From positions 499-64,498 of the forward strand of contig CAZTWW010000001.1 in the NCBI GenBank assembly GCA_964618165.1: DNA of 64,000 bases, read 5' to 3'. A program made the translations under genes and the position numbers. The notes beneath the pieces were generated by a model that did no database searches, was not told where the DNA came from, and saw only the letters and a program-made list of their open reading frames with translations. This document shows, in pieces, positions 38,212 through 48,803 of this stretch; the stretch's first letter is position 1; every line of letters starts with the position of its first letter. This DNA comes from an uncultured Candidatus Saccharibacteria bacterium (lineage in GTDB: Bacteria > Patescibacteriota > Minisyncoccia > Phycocordibacterales > UBA918).

Positions 38212-39226
38212 TGCTGGGGTTGTACTTTTACTTATTCAGCTGTTTATTCCTGCCACCATCGTTACAGAAGTCACCTTTGACTCCCAAGTCCTAGAAGTAA
38301 CCCCAGTTCTTCCACCACCTCCAAAACCGCTAGTCATAAACTTTACCGGCGACATTATGCTCGGGCGACATGTCGAGGTGCTGCTCAACCGACATGGGCA
38401 TGGGTATGTGCGTGCGAGCAGTTCGCCTCTCTTACCACCCGCAGATGCGACGGTGGTAAACTTTGAAAGCGCAGTCGCCCTCCCGCACATCTCAACTCCG
38501 TCTGGTGGTATGCGCTTTTCGACTGATGTACGACATATCGCGCTCTTGCGCTCACTTGGGGTGACACACGCATCGTTGGCGAATAATCATGGACGCGATT
38601 ACGGACGTGATGGTCTTATGAATGCGTACAATGCTCTGGCGGATGAGCAGATAATCGCTTTTGGTGACCCAGTTTTGGTTGCTACCTCATCTCTCGTCAT
38701 TATTCCTGGTGAGATAGACACTGTTGGTGTGATTGGGATCCATACACTTTTTGGTATGCCGGACGTTGAGACACTCGGCACACTCATGACTGCTCTCATC
38801 GCCTCAAGCACGTATCAGGTGGCATATATCCATTGGGGTAATGAGTATGAGCTCGTTCATAGTGGAGCTCAGTCTGCCTTTGCTCGTCGATTGATTGGAC
38901 TTGGTGTCGATGCGATTATTGCCCACCATCCCCATGTGGTTCAGGATATACAGCTCATTGATGGTGTGCCAGTATTTTACTCACTCGGCAACTTTATCTT
39001 TGATCAGTACTTTAGCGATGATGTGCGTGAAGGTATGAATCTAACACTCACGCTTGCTACTACTACCGCAGCGTTTACTATCATTCCGCACGCACAGTGT
39101 GCGCTCGCAGTACCGTGTCCTCGTGATGCCACTTCAACAACGCGCTTCCTCGCAGCACTCGCAGACAGAAGTGAACCATCACTTCGAGAGCAAATAATGG
39201 CTCAAACTATCACTATTTCACGCTAG
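38150..39226 (+). CDS. CapA/PGA_cap family metallophosphoesterase
   Basis: GDIMLGR, NFE, LANNH, IHWGNEY, HHPHVVQ, YSLGNFIFDQ. Confidence 0.9.
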   Translation: MSKKLEFSTRQKILLYLSLASAGVVLLLIQLFIPATIVTEVTFDSQVLEVTPVLPPPPKPLVINFTGDIMLGRHVEVLLNRHGHGYVRASSSPLLPPADATVVNFESAVALPHISTPSGGMRFSTDVRHIALLRSLGVTHASLANNHGRDYGRDGLMNAYNALADEQIIAFGDPVLVATSSLVIIPGEIDTVGVIGIHTLFGMPDVETLGTLMTALIASSTYQVAYIHWGNEYELVHSGAQSAFARRLIGLGVDAIIAHHPHVVQDIQLIDGVPVFYSLGNFIFDQYFSDDVREGMNLTLTLATTTAAFTIIPHAQCALAVPCPRDATSTTRFLAALADRSEPSLREQIMAQTITISR

Positions 39227-39280
39227 TGGTTGCACGATAGCGGTCACCATCGTACTATTAGTACTACTAACTTTTTGTGT

Positions 39281-39823
39281 ATGTTTTCTAAGATAGAAAT
39301 TGCTGGTATTGCCCTCAGTGTCACCGCGATGACCGGTGCTCTCTATTTGATTACCAAAGACGACAGCAAGGTGGTTGTAAATGTTAATGATCAGATGGCA
39401 CAATCGGGTATGGTCTTTGTGTCTGATGAGGGTGACCCTGAAGCTAATCTCCGTAGCGCTATCATCAATGCAGCAGACGCAACTGGTAATCTCTCGAAGC
39501 TTGTGGTCGATGACGTGGTCATCGGTACCGGAGCTGAGGCAGCGGTAGGAGACACGGTAACCGTTCACTACATCGGAACACTCCAGAATGGTCAGGAGTT
39601 CGATAACTCAAATAAGCGCGGTGAGGCCTTCACATTCACCCTCGGCGAGAATAAGGTGATTGCCGGTTGGGAAGAGGGTATTCTTGGTATGAAGGCTGGA
39701 GGCAAGCGTATCCTCGTGATTCCGGCTGATAAGGCCTATGGTGCGAAGGGGTACGGCCCAATCCCTGGTGGAGCCAACCTGGTCTTCGCGATAGATCTCC
39801 TTGAGATTAAGTCAGGTAAATAA
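39281..39823 (+). CDS. FKBP-type peptidyl-prolyl isomerase, membrane-anchored
   Basis: 'VTVHYIGTL.NG.EFDNS', 'VIAGWEEG', 'LVIP..KAYG', 'IPGGANLVF'. Confidence 0.93.
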   Translation: MFSKIEIAGIALSVTAMTGALYLITKDDSKVVVNVNDQMAQSGMVFVSDEGDPEANLRSAIINAADATGNLSKLVVDDVVIGTGAEAAVGDTVTVHYIGTLQNGQEFDNSNKRGEAFTFTLGENKVIAGWEEGILGMKAGGKRILVIPADKAYGAKGYGPIPGGANLVFAIDLLEIKSGK

Positions 39824-39828
39824 GAAGA

Positions 39829-39854
39829 AGGCCCGGAGTTAATCCGGGCTTTTT
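39829..39854 (+). terminator. Intrinsic terminator
   Basis: GCCCGGA/TCCGGGC stem followed by TTTTT. Confidence 0.8.
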
Positions 39855-39894
39855 CGTGCAGATTTCTCCAAATACGCTATACTCGAACCCATCT

Positions 39895-41142
39895 ATGTCA
39901 CAGCGACCAGTATGGTTTGAAACCGAGGCTACCAGCACTAAGAATCTCGCTCGAGCGGGGGTTATTCATACACCACATGGTGATATTCATACACCAGCGT
40001 TTGTAGTGGTGGGTACCAAGGCCTCGGTCAAATCCCTCATGCCTGAGGATCTTACCCAGTACGTGGGGAACGAGGTAACACTCGCGAATACCTACCACCT
40101 TTTCCTCCAGCCAGGACATGAGGTCATTAAAGCTGGTGGGGGACTCAATGAATTTGCCAAGTGGCAGACACCGACCATGACCGACTCAGGCGGATTCCAG
40201 GTGTTTAGTCTTGGCGCTGCCTTCGGAAAAGGGGTGACCAAGTTCGCCAAAGGCGAGGTCGAGGAGACTGATGAGCTCCCGGTCAAGAAAGGGCTCAATG
40301 TGTACAGTCAGAAGTACGCCGAAGATCACGGCAAGCTCTGTATCATTGATGAAGAAGGGGTGACCTTCACCTCACATCTTGATGGCTCGATGCATCGCTT
40401 CACCGCCGAGCGGAGTATCGATATTCAGCATGCCATTGGGGCAGATATTATTGTTGCGTTTGATGAATGTACGAGCCCAACTGCGGATTATGAATACCAA
40501 AAAGAGGCAATGGACCGTACGCACCGCTGGGCGAAGCGAAGCATCCTCGCCCATAAGCAAAATTACGAAGCCTTAAAGAAGCAAGGTCTCTACGGCGTCA
40601 TTCAAGGTGGTCGTTTTATGGACTTACGGCAGGAGAGTGCTCGTGTGCTCTCCGATATGGATTTTGATGGTTTTGGGATTGGCGGTAGCTTCAGTAAAGA
40701 GGATCTCGGAGACTCGCTTAAGGTAGTGAATGAGATTCTTCCAGACGATAAACCACGACACCTCCTTGGTATTGGTGAACCAGAGGATATTGTGCAGGGT
40801 ATCCTCCAGGGTTGCGATACCTTTGACTGTGTCGCTCCAACCCGCATTGGTCGCACTGGCACGATTTACGTGCATACCGGTAACATGGTGACGACACCAT
40901 GTGGTACTTTTACCTACCCAGAGACTAAGAAGCTCAATCTCCGCAATGCCCAGTACGTTAACGACCATACGCCACTCGATCCACTCTCAACTGGCTATGT
41001 CGCGCAGAAGTACACGAAGGCCTATGTCGCACACCTCTTCCGGGCTGGTGAGATTCTCGGACCACACCTCGCCTCAATCCATAACCTCAACTTCATCGTC
41101 AACTTCACAAAGAATTTACGCGAACAGCTTCTTCAAAAGTAG
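39895..41142 (+). CDS. tgt: tRNA-guanine transglycosylase
   Basis: TPAF..VGT, LANTYHL, TDSGGFQVFSL, AFDEC, QGG, KPRHLLGIG, DTFDCVAPTR. Confidence 0.95.
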   Translation: MSQRPVWFETEATSTKNLARAGVIHTPHGDIHTPAFVVVGTKASVKSLMPEDLTQYVGNEVTLANTYHLFLQPGHEVIKAGGGLNEFAKWQTPTMTDSGGFQVFSLGAAFGKGVTKFAKGEVEETDELPVKKGLNVYSQKYAEDHGKLCIIDEEGVTFTSHLDGSMHRFTAERSIDIQHAIGADIIVAFDECTSPTADYEYQKEAMDRTHRWAKRSILAHKQNYEALKKQGLYGVIQGGRFMDLRQESARVLSDMDFDGFGIGGSFSKEDLGDSLKVVNEILPDDKPRHLLGIGEPEDIVQGILQGCDTFDCVAPTRIGRTGTIYVHTGNMVTTPCGTFTYPETKKLNLRNAQYVNDHTPLDPLSTGYVAQKYTKAYVAHLFRAGEILGPHLASIHNLNFIVNFTKNLREQLLQK

Positions 41143-41223
41143 CTATAGGATAACCTCAAAAAGTTGAAGCCGGCTTGAGTTTGTGGGTTTATATTTTGAG
41201 TCTAGCGCGGTATACTCAGCAGC

Positions 41224-43368
41224 ATGATATTTGACCTCTCAACCGAAAAGACGCCGGCGGGCGATCAGCCACAGGCGATTGAACGTCTCGTTGCTGGTGT
41301 CCGCGCCGGGAAGCGTCACCAGACGCTGCTTGGTGTCACTGGCTCTGGTAAGACCTTCACGGGAGCGAATGTTATCGCACAGATCGAGAAGCCAACCCTC
41401 GTCATAGCCCACAATAAGACCCTGGCTGCTCAGCTCGCGCAAGAGTACCGTGATTTTTTCCCGAACAATGCCGTCCATTACTTCGTTTCGTACTACGACT
41501 ACTACCAGCCAGAGGCATATATGCCGACGAGCGATACCTACATCGAAAAAGAAGCGCAAATCAATGAGGAGATTGATCGTCTCCGTCACGCCTCAACTCA
41601 GGCTCTCCTTACCCGACCAGATGTGATCATAGTGGCATCAGTATCGTGTATCTACGGTCTCGGCTCGCCAGTAGAGTACGAGAAGAAGCACAAGAAGATT
41701 GAACGAGGCTTTCCTATTACGCGGACAGATATGCTCCGTCTCCTTATCGATATGTACTTTGAGCGGACAAATGCCGATCTTACGCCGGGGCAGTTCCGTG
41801 CTATTGGAAATACGGTTGAAATCATGCCGACGAATGAACGGGTTATTGTCCGCCTTGGGTACCAGGGGGCAGCCGTCTCCTCAATCACGAAGATTGATGC
41901 GGTGACGCGTGAGATTATTGCCGAGCTCGACGTTTTCTTCCTCTTCCCAGCCAAGCACTTCGTCTCACCTGAAGACGAGCGTAAGGTGGCATATGAGGAT
42001 ATCAAGCTTGAGCTTGAAGAACAGCTGAAGAAATTCAAAGCTGAAGGTAAGCTTCTCGAAGCGGAGCGTCTTCGTCGGCGCACCGAGCACGATCTCGCGC
42101 TTATTCGAGAGGTCGGATACTGTAACGGTATTGAGAATTATTCACGACACTTTGATCGGCGAAAGCCGGGTGAGGCGCCGTACACGCTCATCGACTATTT
42201 CCCGCATCTCCCCGATGGTACACCAGACTTCCTCACCATTATCGATGAGTCTCACGTAACCCTGCCACAGATTGGTGGTATGTATGCTGGTGACCGTAGT
42301 CGTAAGGATACCCTGGTCGACTTTGGATTCCGTCTTCCGAGCGCAGTTGATAATCGTCCGCTTAAGTTTGAAGAATTTGAAGCCAAGATTGGTGAGTGCA
42401 TCTATACGTCAGCGACACCCGGCAAGTATGAGTTCGAGCATTGTTGTCCGATTGGTGCAGTCGGCGAAGGGAAGCAGAGTAAGAGTGGTACTGAGAGTCA
42501 AGCAGCCTACTTCCGTGGAGTAGATATCAATCGCTGTGTGGCAGAAGGCGATGTGGTTGAACAGATTATCCGCCCGACTGGGCTTATTGACCCCTATATC
42601 GATATGCGCCCAGTGACCGAGAAGGGTGATTACCCAGGTCAGATTAAAGACTTCATTGAAGAATCGGTGAAGGTCATTGCTGGTGGCGCTCGTGTTCTCA
42701 CGACTACGCTCACTAAGAAGATGGCAGAAGATCTCTCCGAGTTCCTCACCGAACGTGGTATCAAGACGAAGTATATCCATAGCGATGTAGAGACCCTTGA
42801 GCGTATCGAGACCCTCACTGATTTCCGTAAAGGGAAGTTTGATTGTCTCGTGGGGGTTAACCTCCTCCGTGAAGGACTCGACCTCCCTGAGGTAGAGCTC
42901 GTCGCAATTCTTGATGCCGATAAAGCGGGCTTCCTCCGCAGTGAGACCGCGCTCATTCAGACTATCGGTCGTGCTGCCCGTAACGTAAATGGACGCGTCA
43001 TTCTCTATGCTGATGAGATGACTGATGCGCTCACCTACGCGGTCAATGAAACTAACCGTCGTCGTAGCCTCCAGATGACCTACAACGAAAAGCATGGCAT
43101 CACCCCTAAGACTATTGCGAAGGAGATTAAATCAATTGCCGACCAGCTCCGTACCCAGCACGATGAGACGGTTGATACGATGCTCAAGGTCGATATGGAG
43201 CTCTTCAAGCGAAATCCCGCCAAGGTCCTCAAGGAGAAACGTCAGCAGATGGCAGATGCTGTCTCTATCCTCGATTTTGAAACAGCCGCTATCATCCGCG
43301 ACGAAATTGCCTACCTTGAAGCCGAAGCCGCCGGCAAAACCAAAAAATCAAAGAAAACCCTTATGTAA
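41224..43368 (+). CDS. uvrB: Excinuclease ABC subunit B
   Basis: GVTGSGKT, YYDYYQPEAY, IDESH, SATPG, GRAARN, C-terminal UVR. Confidence 0.98.
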   Translation: MIFDLSTEKTPAGDQPQAIERLVAGVRAGKRHQTLLGVTGSGKTFTGANVIAQIEKPTLVIAHNKTLAAQLAQEYRDFFPNNAVHYFVSYYDYYQPEAYMPTSDTYIEKEAQINEEIDRLRHASTQALLTRPDVIIVASVSCIYGLGSPVEYEKKHKKIERGFPITRTDMLRLLIDMYFERTNADLTPGQFRAIGNTVEIMPTNERVIVRLGYQGAAVSSITKIDAVTREIIAELDVFFLFPAKHFVSPEDERKVAYEDIKLELEEQLKKFKAEGKLLEAERLRRRTEHDLALIREVGYCNGIENYSRHFDRRKPGEAPYTLIDYFPHLPDGTPDFLTIIDESHVTLPQIGGMYAGDRSRKDTLVDFGFRLPSAVDNRPLKFEEFEAKIGECIYTSATPGKYEFEHCCPIGAVGEGKQSKSGTESQAAYFRGVDINRCVAEGDVVEQIIRPTGLIDPYIDMRPVTEKGDYPGQIKDFIEESVKVIAGGARVLTTTLTKKMAEDLSEFLTERGIKTKYIHSDVETLERIETLTDFRKGKFDCLVGVNLLREGLDLPEVELVAILDADKAGFLRSETALIQTIGRAARNVNGRVILYADEMTDALTYAVNETNRRRSLQMTYNEKHGITPKTIAKEIKSIADQLRTQHDETVDTMLKVDMELFKRNPAKVLKEKRQQMADAVSILDFETAAIIRDEIAYLEAEAAGKTKKSKKTLM

Positions 43369-43373
43369 CAGTG

Positions 43374-43400
43374 CCCTCCCTAGGCCGGTCCTAGGGAGGG
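43374..43400. repeat. REP-like palindrome, copy 1
   Basis: CCCTCCCTAGG-CCGGT-CCTAGGGAGGG; near-identical to 44036-44063. Confidence 0.8.
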
Positions 43401-43440
43401 TGTTTACAGTAACAGTAACGTACAAAAACTAACTATTACT

Positions 43441-43581
43441 ATGCGACCATATCATAAGTCATCATATGTGGGAGGGATTGCGTTCGGACTGGTATTTATC
43501 GGAATTATTTTTGGCTTTAAAGGTGTTGTTATTGCTGTAAGTATTATAATTTTTCTTATGTACCGAGCATTTAAGAGGTGA
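43441..43581 (+). CDS. 46-aa two-TM small membrane protein (not in ORF track)
   Basis: MRPYHKSSYVGGIAFGLVFIGIIFGFKGVVIAVSIIIFLMYRAFKR*. Confidence 0.5.
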   Translation: MRPYHKSSYVGGIAFGLVFIGIIFGFKGVVIAVSIIIFLMYRAFKR

Positions 43582-43687
43582 GTTGATAACATGCAAGAAG
43601 CATAGCTGTTGCTAAAATAGACTGCTAGCAATTGAGCATTGTCTTAAAATACGTTACAGTACTTTTGGATATAAAGGAGGTATAATC

Positions 43688-43996
43688 ATGACCACACTGA
43701 CTCATCGTGGACTTATCTTGGCAGGTATTGGTCGAGAGGTGGACTGGAGGCGTCGCTACCGGACACTCGTCCATATGTCTGTCCGACACACGATATTCTG
43801 TCGGACCCGGATTGGTCTACCGGCGCCTACCTACCAGCAAGTCAAAGTGATGCTTCGTCGTCATGCGATGTTCTATTTTGGTGTCGGTACCTTGCGTGAA
43901 TGGCTGGTCGAAATGCGTGCGAATCGTGATTACTTTGAACACTGTGAGAGTTTTCCGAATGCTGCCGACGACGACCTCATACTGTCTAACGACTAG
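43688..43996 (+). CDS. Hypothetical protein
   Basis: Strong SD AAAGGAGG; followed by a perfect 22-bp palindrome at 44006-44027. Confidence 0.6.
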   Translation: MTTLTHRGLILAGIGREVDWRRRYRTLVHMSVRHTIFCRTRIGLPAPTYQQVKVMLRRHAMFYFGVGTLREWLVEMRANRDYFEHCESFPNAADDDLILSND

Positions 43997-44035
43997 CATC
44001 TAAAGCACCCGGGTAATTACCCGGGTGTCGTCTTT

Positions 44036-44063
44036 ACCTCCCTAGGCCGGTCCTAGGGAAGGT
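44036..44063. repeat. REP-like palindrome, copy 2
   Basis: ACCTCCCTAGG-CCGGT-CCTAGGGAAGGT. Confidence 0.8.
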
Positions 44064-44164
44064 TTGCTGCTTTTTATAATGACTGCTGTCTGCTATACTC
44101 ATACCTATAAACCACTACCACCGTGCAGTGGCGTTTCGTATATTTATTGGGGTAATTGTTGACT

Positions 44165-46810
44165 ATGGCACAAGACAAAAAAGGTGACGGGAAGAAGGTC
44201 ATACGGACCAATATGGACGATCGGTCACAAAAGATCATCGTGCGTGGTGCTCGTACCCACAACCTCAAGGACATCACAGTCGAAATGCCACGTGGTGCCA
44301 TGGTCGCTATTACCGGGCCATCTGGCTCTGGTAAGTCTTCACTCGCGTTTGACACCATCTTTGCGGAGGGGCAACGTCGCTATGTTGAATCGCTCTCACC
44401 ATATGCTCGCCAATTTCTCAACAAAATGCAGAAGCCTGATGTCGATGAGATATCTGGTCTCTCACCAGCTATCTCGATTGACCAGAAGTCGGCGAGTCGT
44501 AATCCACGCTCAACAGTGGCGACCATTACCGAAATCTACGACTACCTCCGTATCCTCTACGCGCGTGTCGGGCAACCGTACTGTCTTGATGTTGATGTCC
44601 CGATCCAGAAGATGTCTCAGGACGAAATCCTTCGGGTTGTCCTTGATTCTATCGAGTCTAAAGAGGTGAAGAGTGCCACGAAAGCCCAGTCACAAAAGGT
44701 GATGGGGATTGAGGTCTCGAAGGGACGGGTGGTGGTGTTTGCACCAGTGGTGGTCGGACGTAAGGGTGAGTACTATCAACTTCTTTATGATCTCCTTGGT
44801 AAAGGCTTTGAAACGATTAAAGTGGACGGGGAAGTGAAGCAACTCCGTGAACGGATTGAGCTGTCAAAAACGAAACGACATGACATCGATGTACTCATCG
44901 ACGAGATTTATGTGAGTGAATTCACCGATGATCCGAAAGGTTCGCGTGAACGTCTCTCAGAGGCAGTCGAGGTCGCCTTAGGTCTTGCCAATGGTCTTGT
45001 TAAAATCGAGTCGCCAGACGGTACCTCACGCATGCTCTCGGCGAAGTTTATTTGTCCAGTTGATGGGTCATCGTTCCCTGAGGTAGAACCTCGTCTCTTC
45101 TCGTTTAACTCACCGTATGGTGCTTGTCCTGAGTGTAACGGACTCGGTGTGGTTGGTATCTTCCAGAGTGATGTCTGTCCGGTCTGTGAAGGGGCACGAC
45201 TCCGTAAAGAAGCACTTCGTGTCTACCTCGGTGGTAGCGACAAATCACTTGGTATCAATATCGTGCAGTTCACTGCGATGACCGTCAAGGAAGCGACGAA
45301 GTTCATTGAGGAACTGAAACTCACGAAGCATCAGCAAGAAATCGCCTGGCCGGCACTACGTGAAGTTATCGAACGCCTCGAGTTCATGAATAATGTTGGT
45401 ATTGAGTATCTTACCCTTGATAGACGAGCTAACACGCTCTCCGGTGGCGAGGCGCAACGTATTCGTCTCGCGTCTCAGCTTGGATCGGGCCTCGTGGGTG
45501 CGCTGTATGTGCTTGATGAGCCGACTATCGGCCTCCATCAGCGCGATAACGACCGCCTCATCAAGACACTCACCGAACTCCGTGACCTCGGTAACACCAT
45601 CATCGTGGTTGAACACGATGAAGACACGATCTATGCCTCAGACTACATCGTCGACATTGGCCCTGGCGCCGGCGTGCATGGAGGTAACGTGGTGGTCTCT
45701 GGTTGGCTTGAGGACCTCCTTAAAGCGAAGAAGAATGACTCTGGCTCATCGACCTTGGCCTACCTGCGACACGAAAAGAAGATTCAGATACCAGACCGCC
45801 GAGATAGCGAAAAAGGCTCTATCAAAATAAAAGGAGGAAAAGCCTTTAATATCAAGAATCTCAATGTCGATATCCCGCTCGGACGCCTCATCTGTGTCAC
45901 CGGTGTATCTGGTTCGGGTAAGTCGACCTTCATGTACGAAATAGTCGATAAGAACCTTAAGGCTCGCCTCGAGAAAAAGTACCGCAGTCCAAAGACGTAC
46001 AACTGTTCATCGTTTACCGGGACTGAGTACCTCGGTCGCTCAATCCTCATTGACCAATCACCAATTGGTCGTACGCCACGCAGTAACCCAGCGACATACA
46101 CTGGCTCCTTCTCGCACATCCGTGACCTCTTTGCCGCCACTGGCGAGGCCCGTGCACGCGGGTGGAAGCCCGGCCGCTTCTCGTTTAACGTGAAGGGTGG
46201 TCGCTGTGAAGCGTGTCAGGGTAATGGAGAGATTGCGGTAGAGATGCACTTCCTCCCGACCGTGTTTGTGGAGTGTGATGTGTGTGAGGGTAAGCGCTTC
46301 ACGAAGGAGACACTTGAGGTCACCTACCGCAAAAAGAATATCCACCAAATCCTCGAGATGACCATTGAGGAGGCGTATGAATTCTTCAAAGATGTTCCAG
46401 CCATCGAGGAGCGCCTCAAAACCCTCCTCGATGTCGGACTCTCGTACCTGAAGCTTGGTCAGAGTGCGACCACGCTCTCTGGCGGTGAGGCACAGCGTGT
46501 AAAGATTGCGTCTGAGCTCTACAAACCACATACGCAGAAGACCCTCTACATGCTTGATGAGCCTACCATTGGTCTCCACTACGATGATGTCCGTAAACTC
46601 ATTGAGATTCTCCAAGAGCTCGTGAATAAGGGGAATACGGTGATGGTGATTGAGCACAACCTCGACCTCGTGAAGTGTGCCGACTACATCATCGATATTG
46701 GCCCTGAAGGTGGCGCTGGTGGCGGTGAAGTCATCGCCAAAGGGACACCCGAGCAAGTGGCCGAAAATCCGAAGTCTCATACCGGTAAATACCTTAAGAA
46801 CGTGCTCTAG
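44165..46810 (+). CDS. uvrA: Excinuclease ABC subunit A
   Basis: [31 protein letters not shown], two LSGGEAQR signatures, Zn fingers. Confidence 0.98.
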   Translation: MAQDKKGDGKKVIRTNMDDRSQKIIVRGARTHNLKDITVEMPRGAMVAITGPSGSGKSSLAFDTIFAEGQRRYVESLSPYARQFLNKMQKPDVDEISGLSPAISIDQKSASRNPRSTVATITEIYDYLRILYARVGQPYCLDVDVPIQKMSQDEILRVVLDSIESKEVKSATKAQSQKVMGIEVSKGRVVVFAPVVVGRKGEYYQLLYDLLGKGFETIKVDGEVKQLRERIELSKTKRHDIDVLIDEIYVSEFTDDPKGSRERLSEAVEVALGLANGLVKIESPDGTSRMLSAKFICPVDGSSFPEVEPRLFSFNSPYGACPECNGLGVVGIFQSDVCPVCEGARLRKEALRVYLGGSDKSLGINIVQFTAMTVKEATKFIEELKLTKHQQEIAWPALREVIERLEFMNNVGIEYLTLDRRANTLSGGEAQRIRLASQLGSGLVGALYVLDEPTIGLHQRDNDRLIKTLTELRDLGNTIIVVEHDEDTIYASDYIVDIGPGAGVHGGNVVVSGWLEDLLKAKKNDSGSSTLAYLRHEKKIQIPDRRDSEKGSIKIKGGKAFNIKNLNVDIPLGRLICVTGVSGSGKSTFMYEIVDKNLKARLEKKYRSPKTYNCSSFTGTEYLGRSILIDQSPIGRTPRSNPATYTGSFSHIRDLFAATGEARARGWKPGRFSFNVKGGRCEACQGNGEIAVEMHFLPTVFVECDVCEGKRFTKETLEVTYRKKNIHQILEMTIEEAYEFFKDVPAIEERLKTLLDVGLSYLKLGQSATTLSGGEAQRVKIASELYKPHTQKTLYMLDEPTIGLHYDDVRKLIEILQELVNKGNTVMVIEHNLDLVKCADYIIDIGPEGGAGGGEVIAKGTPEQVAENPKSHTGKYLKNVL

Positions 46811-46821
46811 GTCTCATAAGC

Positions 46822-46853
46822 AAAACCACCGCGTCACGAGACGTGGTGGTTTT
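46822..46853. terminator. Bidirectional-type terminator
   Basis: AAAACCACC..GGTGGTTTT. Confidence 0.7.
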
Positions 46854-46932
46854 GTTATACACGAGCTGATTGTTGCGCTTCAAAAAGACGGGAGTACAAT
46901 GCACCACGGAAACAGTGAAAGGGGGATACAAG

Positions 46933-47085
46933 ATGACCCAAGCCGGTGACAACGAGGAACCTGAGCGCCAGAAGCGTGAAAAGTCGAAGCAGCAGCAGGG
47001 AGAAGATTCGACCAAGCAGTCCGAAACATCCTCCAAGAATGACCGCGAGCAGATGAATGAATACATCCGCCAGCTGTATGGCTGA
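46933..47085 (+). CDS. Small charged hypothetical protein (50 aa)
   Basis: G-rich SD-like AAGGGGG upstream; TACAAT at ~46895. Confidence 0.4.
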   Translation: MTQAGDNEEPERQKREKSKQQQGEDSTKQSETSSKNDREQMNEYIRQLYG

Positions 47086-47267
47086 GCTCATGCAGTCTCA
47101 ATCGACACCGCCACCCGATCCACGTGGTCGTGACGTTGTACCCACCCACGCTACCTATGAACGTGGCTGATACGAAACGAAGCCCGCCAGCTTGTCTGGC
47201 GGTTTTCCTTTATCCATATAAATCGTTATGCTAGTCTATAGATAGTCGACCAGATACGGAGGGTGTC

Positions 47268-47450
47268 ATGAAGTACCTGCGGTACATGGTAGCGAGTTCT
47301 TTCTATCTCACTTTTATTGGCTGCTTATTACTCGGTTCTGTCTCGCTTTCTACCGGCGGGAAAGAGTTCTTTGATGGAGTACTGTACTTTATCTTGGCAT
47401 TTATTGCTCTTGCTGCTGGTGTAAAGATTACAAACAAGCAGAACGACTAA
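47268..47450 (+). CDS. 60-aa two-TM small membrane protein
   Basis: SD GGAGGG; two hydrophobic helices; own terminator at 47449-47482. Confidence 0.6.
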   Translation: MKYLRYMVASSFYLTFIGCLLLGSVSLSTGGKEFFDGVLYFILAFIALAAGVKITNKQND

Positions 47451-47503
47451 CCGCCCCAGCACCGATGATTGGGGCGGTTTTTGATTTGTGGTAGAGTACC
47501 CGT

Positions 47504-48739
47504 ATGACAAAAGGAGACCTCAAAGCCCTCGCGCTCCCGGACACCCCTGGGGTGTATTTTTTCCTTGGCCCACAAGAGCAGATTCTTTATATTGGGAAGG
47601 CGACTTCGCTCAAGAACCGTGTCCGTAGCTACTTCGCGAGTGATATCAAAGAGAAACGCTCTGAGCTCATTGAAAACATGGTTACTGAGGCGGTGACAGT
47701 ATCAGTCACTGAGACTGAGAGTGTGCTTGAGGCACTTATTCTTGAGACGAATCTCATCAGGACACACAAGCCGCGGTACAACACTCGTAGTAAAGACGAT
47801 AAGTCATACAATCACCTCGTGATTACGAACGAAGAATGGCCACGCGTTCTCGTCGTTCGAGGCAAAGACCTCACCGAAAAGTTTACTGAAAAGGAAATTA
47901 AATATCACTTCGGACCGTTTCCGAGTGGCAGTCTCTTGCGCGAGGCGCTTAAGATTGTCCGTCGCCTCTTTCAGTTCTATGACACCAAGGAGCCGGTCGG
48001 GTTTGAACGGACCAAGCTTGCCCGTGGTAAAGTCGATTTTAATCGTCAGATTGGTCTCTATCCAAATCACACTGATAAGCCGCTGTACGACCGTACCATT
48101 AGGCACCTGAAGCTCTTCTTTGAAGGTAAAAAGCGCCAGATTATCACCGAGCTCACGAAGGATATGCTCAAAGAAGCAAAAGCCGAGCGATTCGAAATGG
48201 CAGCCAAGATTAAAAAGCAAATCTTCGCCCTTGAGCATATCCAAGATATCGCACTCATCAAAGCTGAGCGTGCTACCGCTCGCACTGGCCAGACACTCCG
48301 CATTGAGGCATACGATATCGCGCATATGGACGGCCAGGATATGGTTGGTGTCATGACGGTGGTTGAAGGGAGCGAGCCACAAAAGGATGGCTACCGCAAA
48401 TTCAAAATAAAGACACTCAAAGACGCCAACGACCCCGCGGCTCTCAAAGAGGTGTTAACGAGACGTCTCGCGCACCCAGAGTGGCCGTTTCCAAATATCA
48501 TCGTAGTTGACGGCAACGAGATTCAGAAGCGCGTCGCCGAGCTTATTCTTGCCGAGCATTCGCTCCTTATACCGGTCGTAGCAGTCGTCAAAGACGATAA
48601 GCACAAGGCAAACCGTATCCTCGGCCCACAGGCACTCATTGAGGCGCATCGTCTCGAGATACTCCACGCCAACGCCGAATCACACCGCTTTGCCATCAAC
48701 TTCTTCCGCACCAAGCAACGCAAGCGCTCGCTATCTTAG
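47504..48739 (+). CDS. uvrC: Excinuclease ABC subunit C (short form: GIY-YIG, UVR, RNase H-like; no HhH)
   Basis: PGVYFF..LYIGKA..RVRSYF, EALILE..I....PRYN, RIEAYDIAH, IVVDG, ESHRFAI. Confidence 0.93.
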   Translation: MTKGDLKALALPDTPGVYFFLGPQEQILYIGKATSLKNRVRSYFASDIKEKRSELIENMVTEAVTVSVTETESVLEALILETNLIRTHKPRYNTRSKDDKSYNHLVITNEEWPRVLVVRGKDLTEKFTEKEIKYHFGPFPSGSLLREALKIVRRLFQFYDTKEPVGFERTKLARGKVDFNRQIGLYPNHTDKPLYDRTIRHLKLFFEGKKRQIITELTKDMLKEAKAERFEMAAKIKKQIFALEHIQDIALIKAERATARTGQTLRIEAYDIAHMDGQDMVGVMTVVEGSEPQKDGYRKFKIKTLKDANDPAALKEVLTRRLAHPEWPFPNIIVVDGNEIQKRVAELILAEHSLLIPVVAVVKDDKHKANRILGPQALIEAHRLEILHANAESHRFAINFFRTKQRKRSLS

Positions 48740-48803
48740 TAATGTTGTAGATGTATCACCGTAGGTATATAGTAATGCTGGAATCAAATAGAGGAGTTCA
48801 TGA

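Noticed and set aside
42440-42550. UvrB insertion as an intein or intron
   Set aside because: It starts with Cys but is far too short, has no HN-C/S/T end, and stays in frame
47504-48739. Short UvrC as a pseudogene
   Set aside because: Both nuclease domains are intact and the stop is clean; loss of HhH is a plausible reduced-genome form
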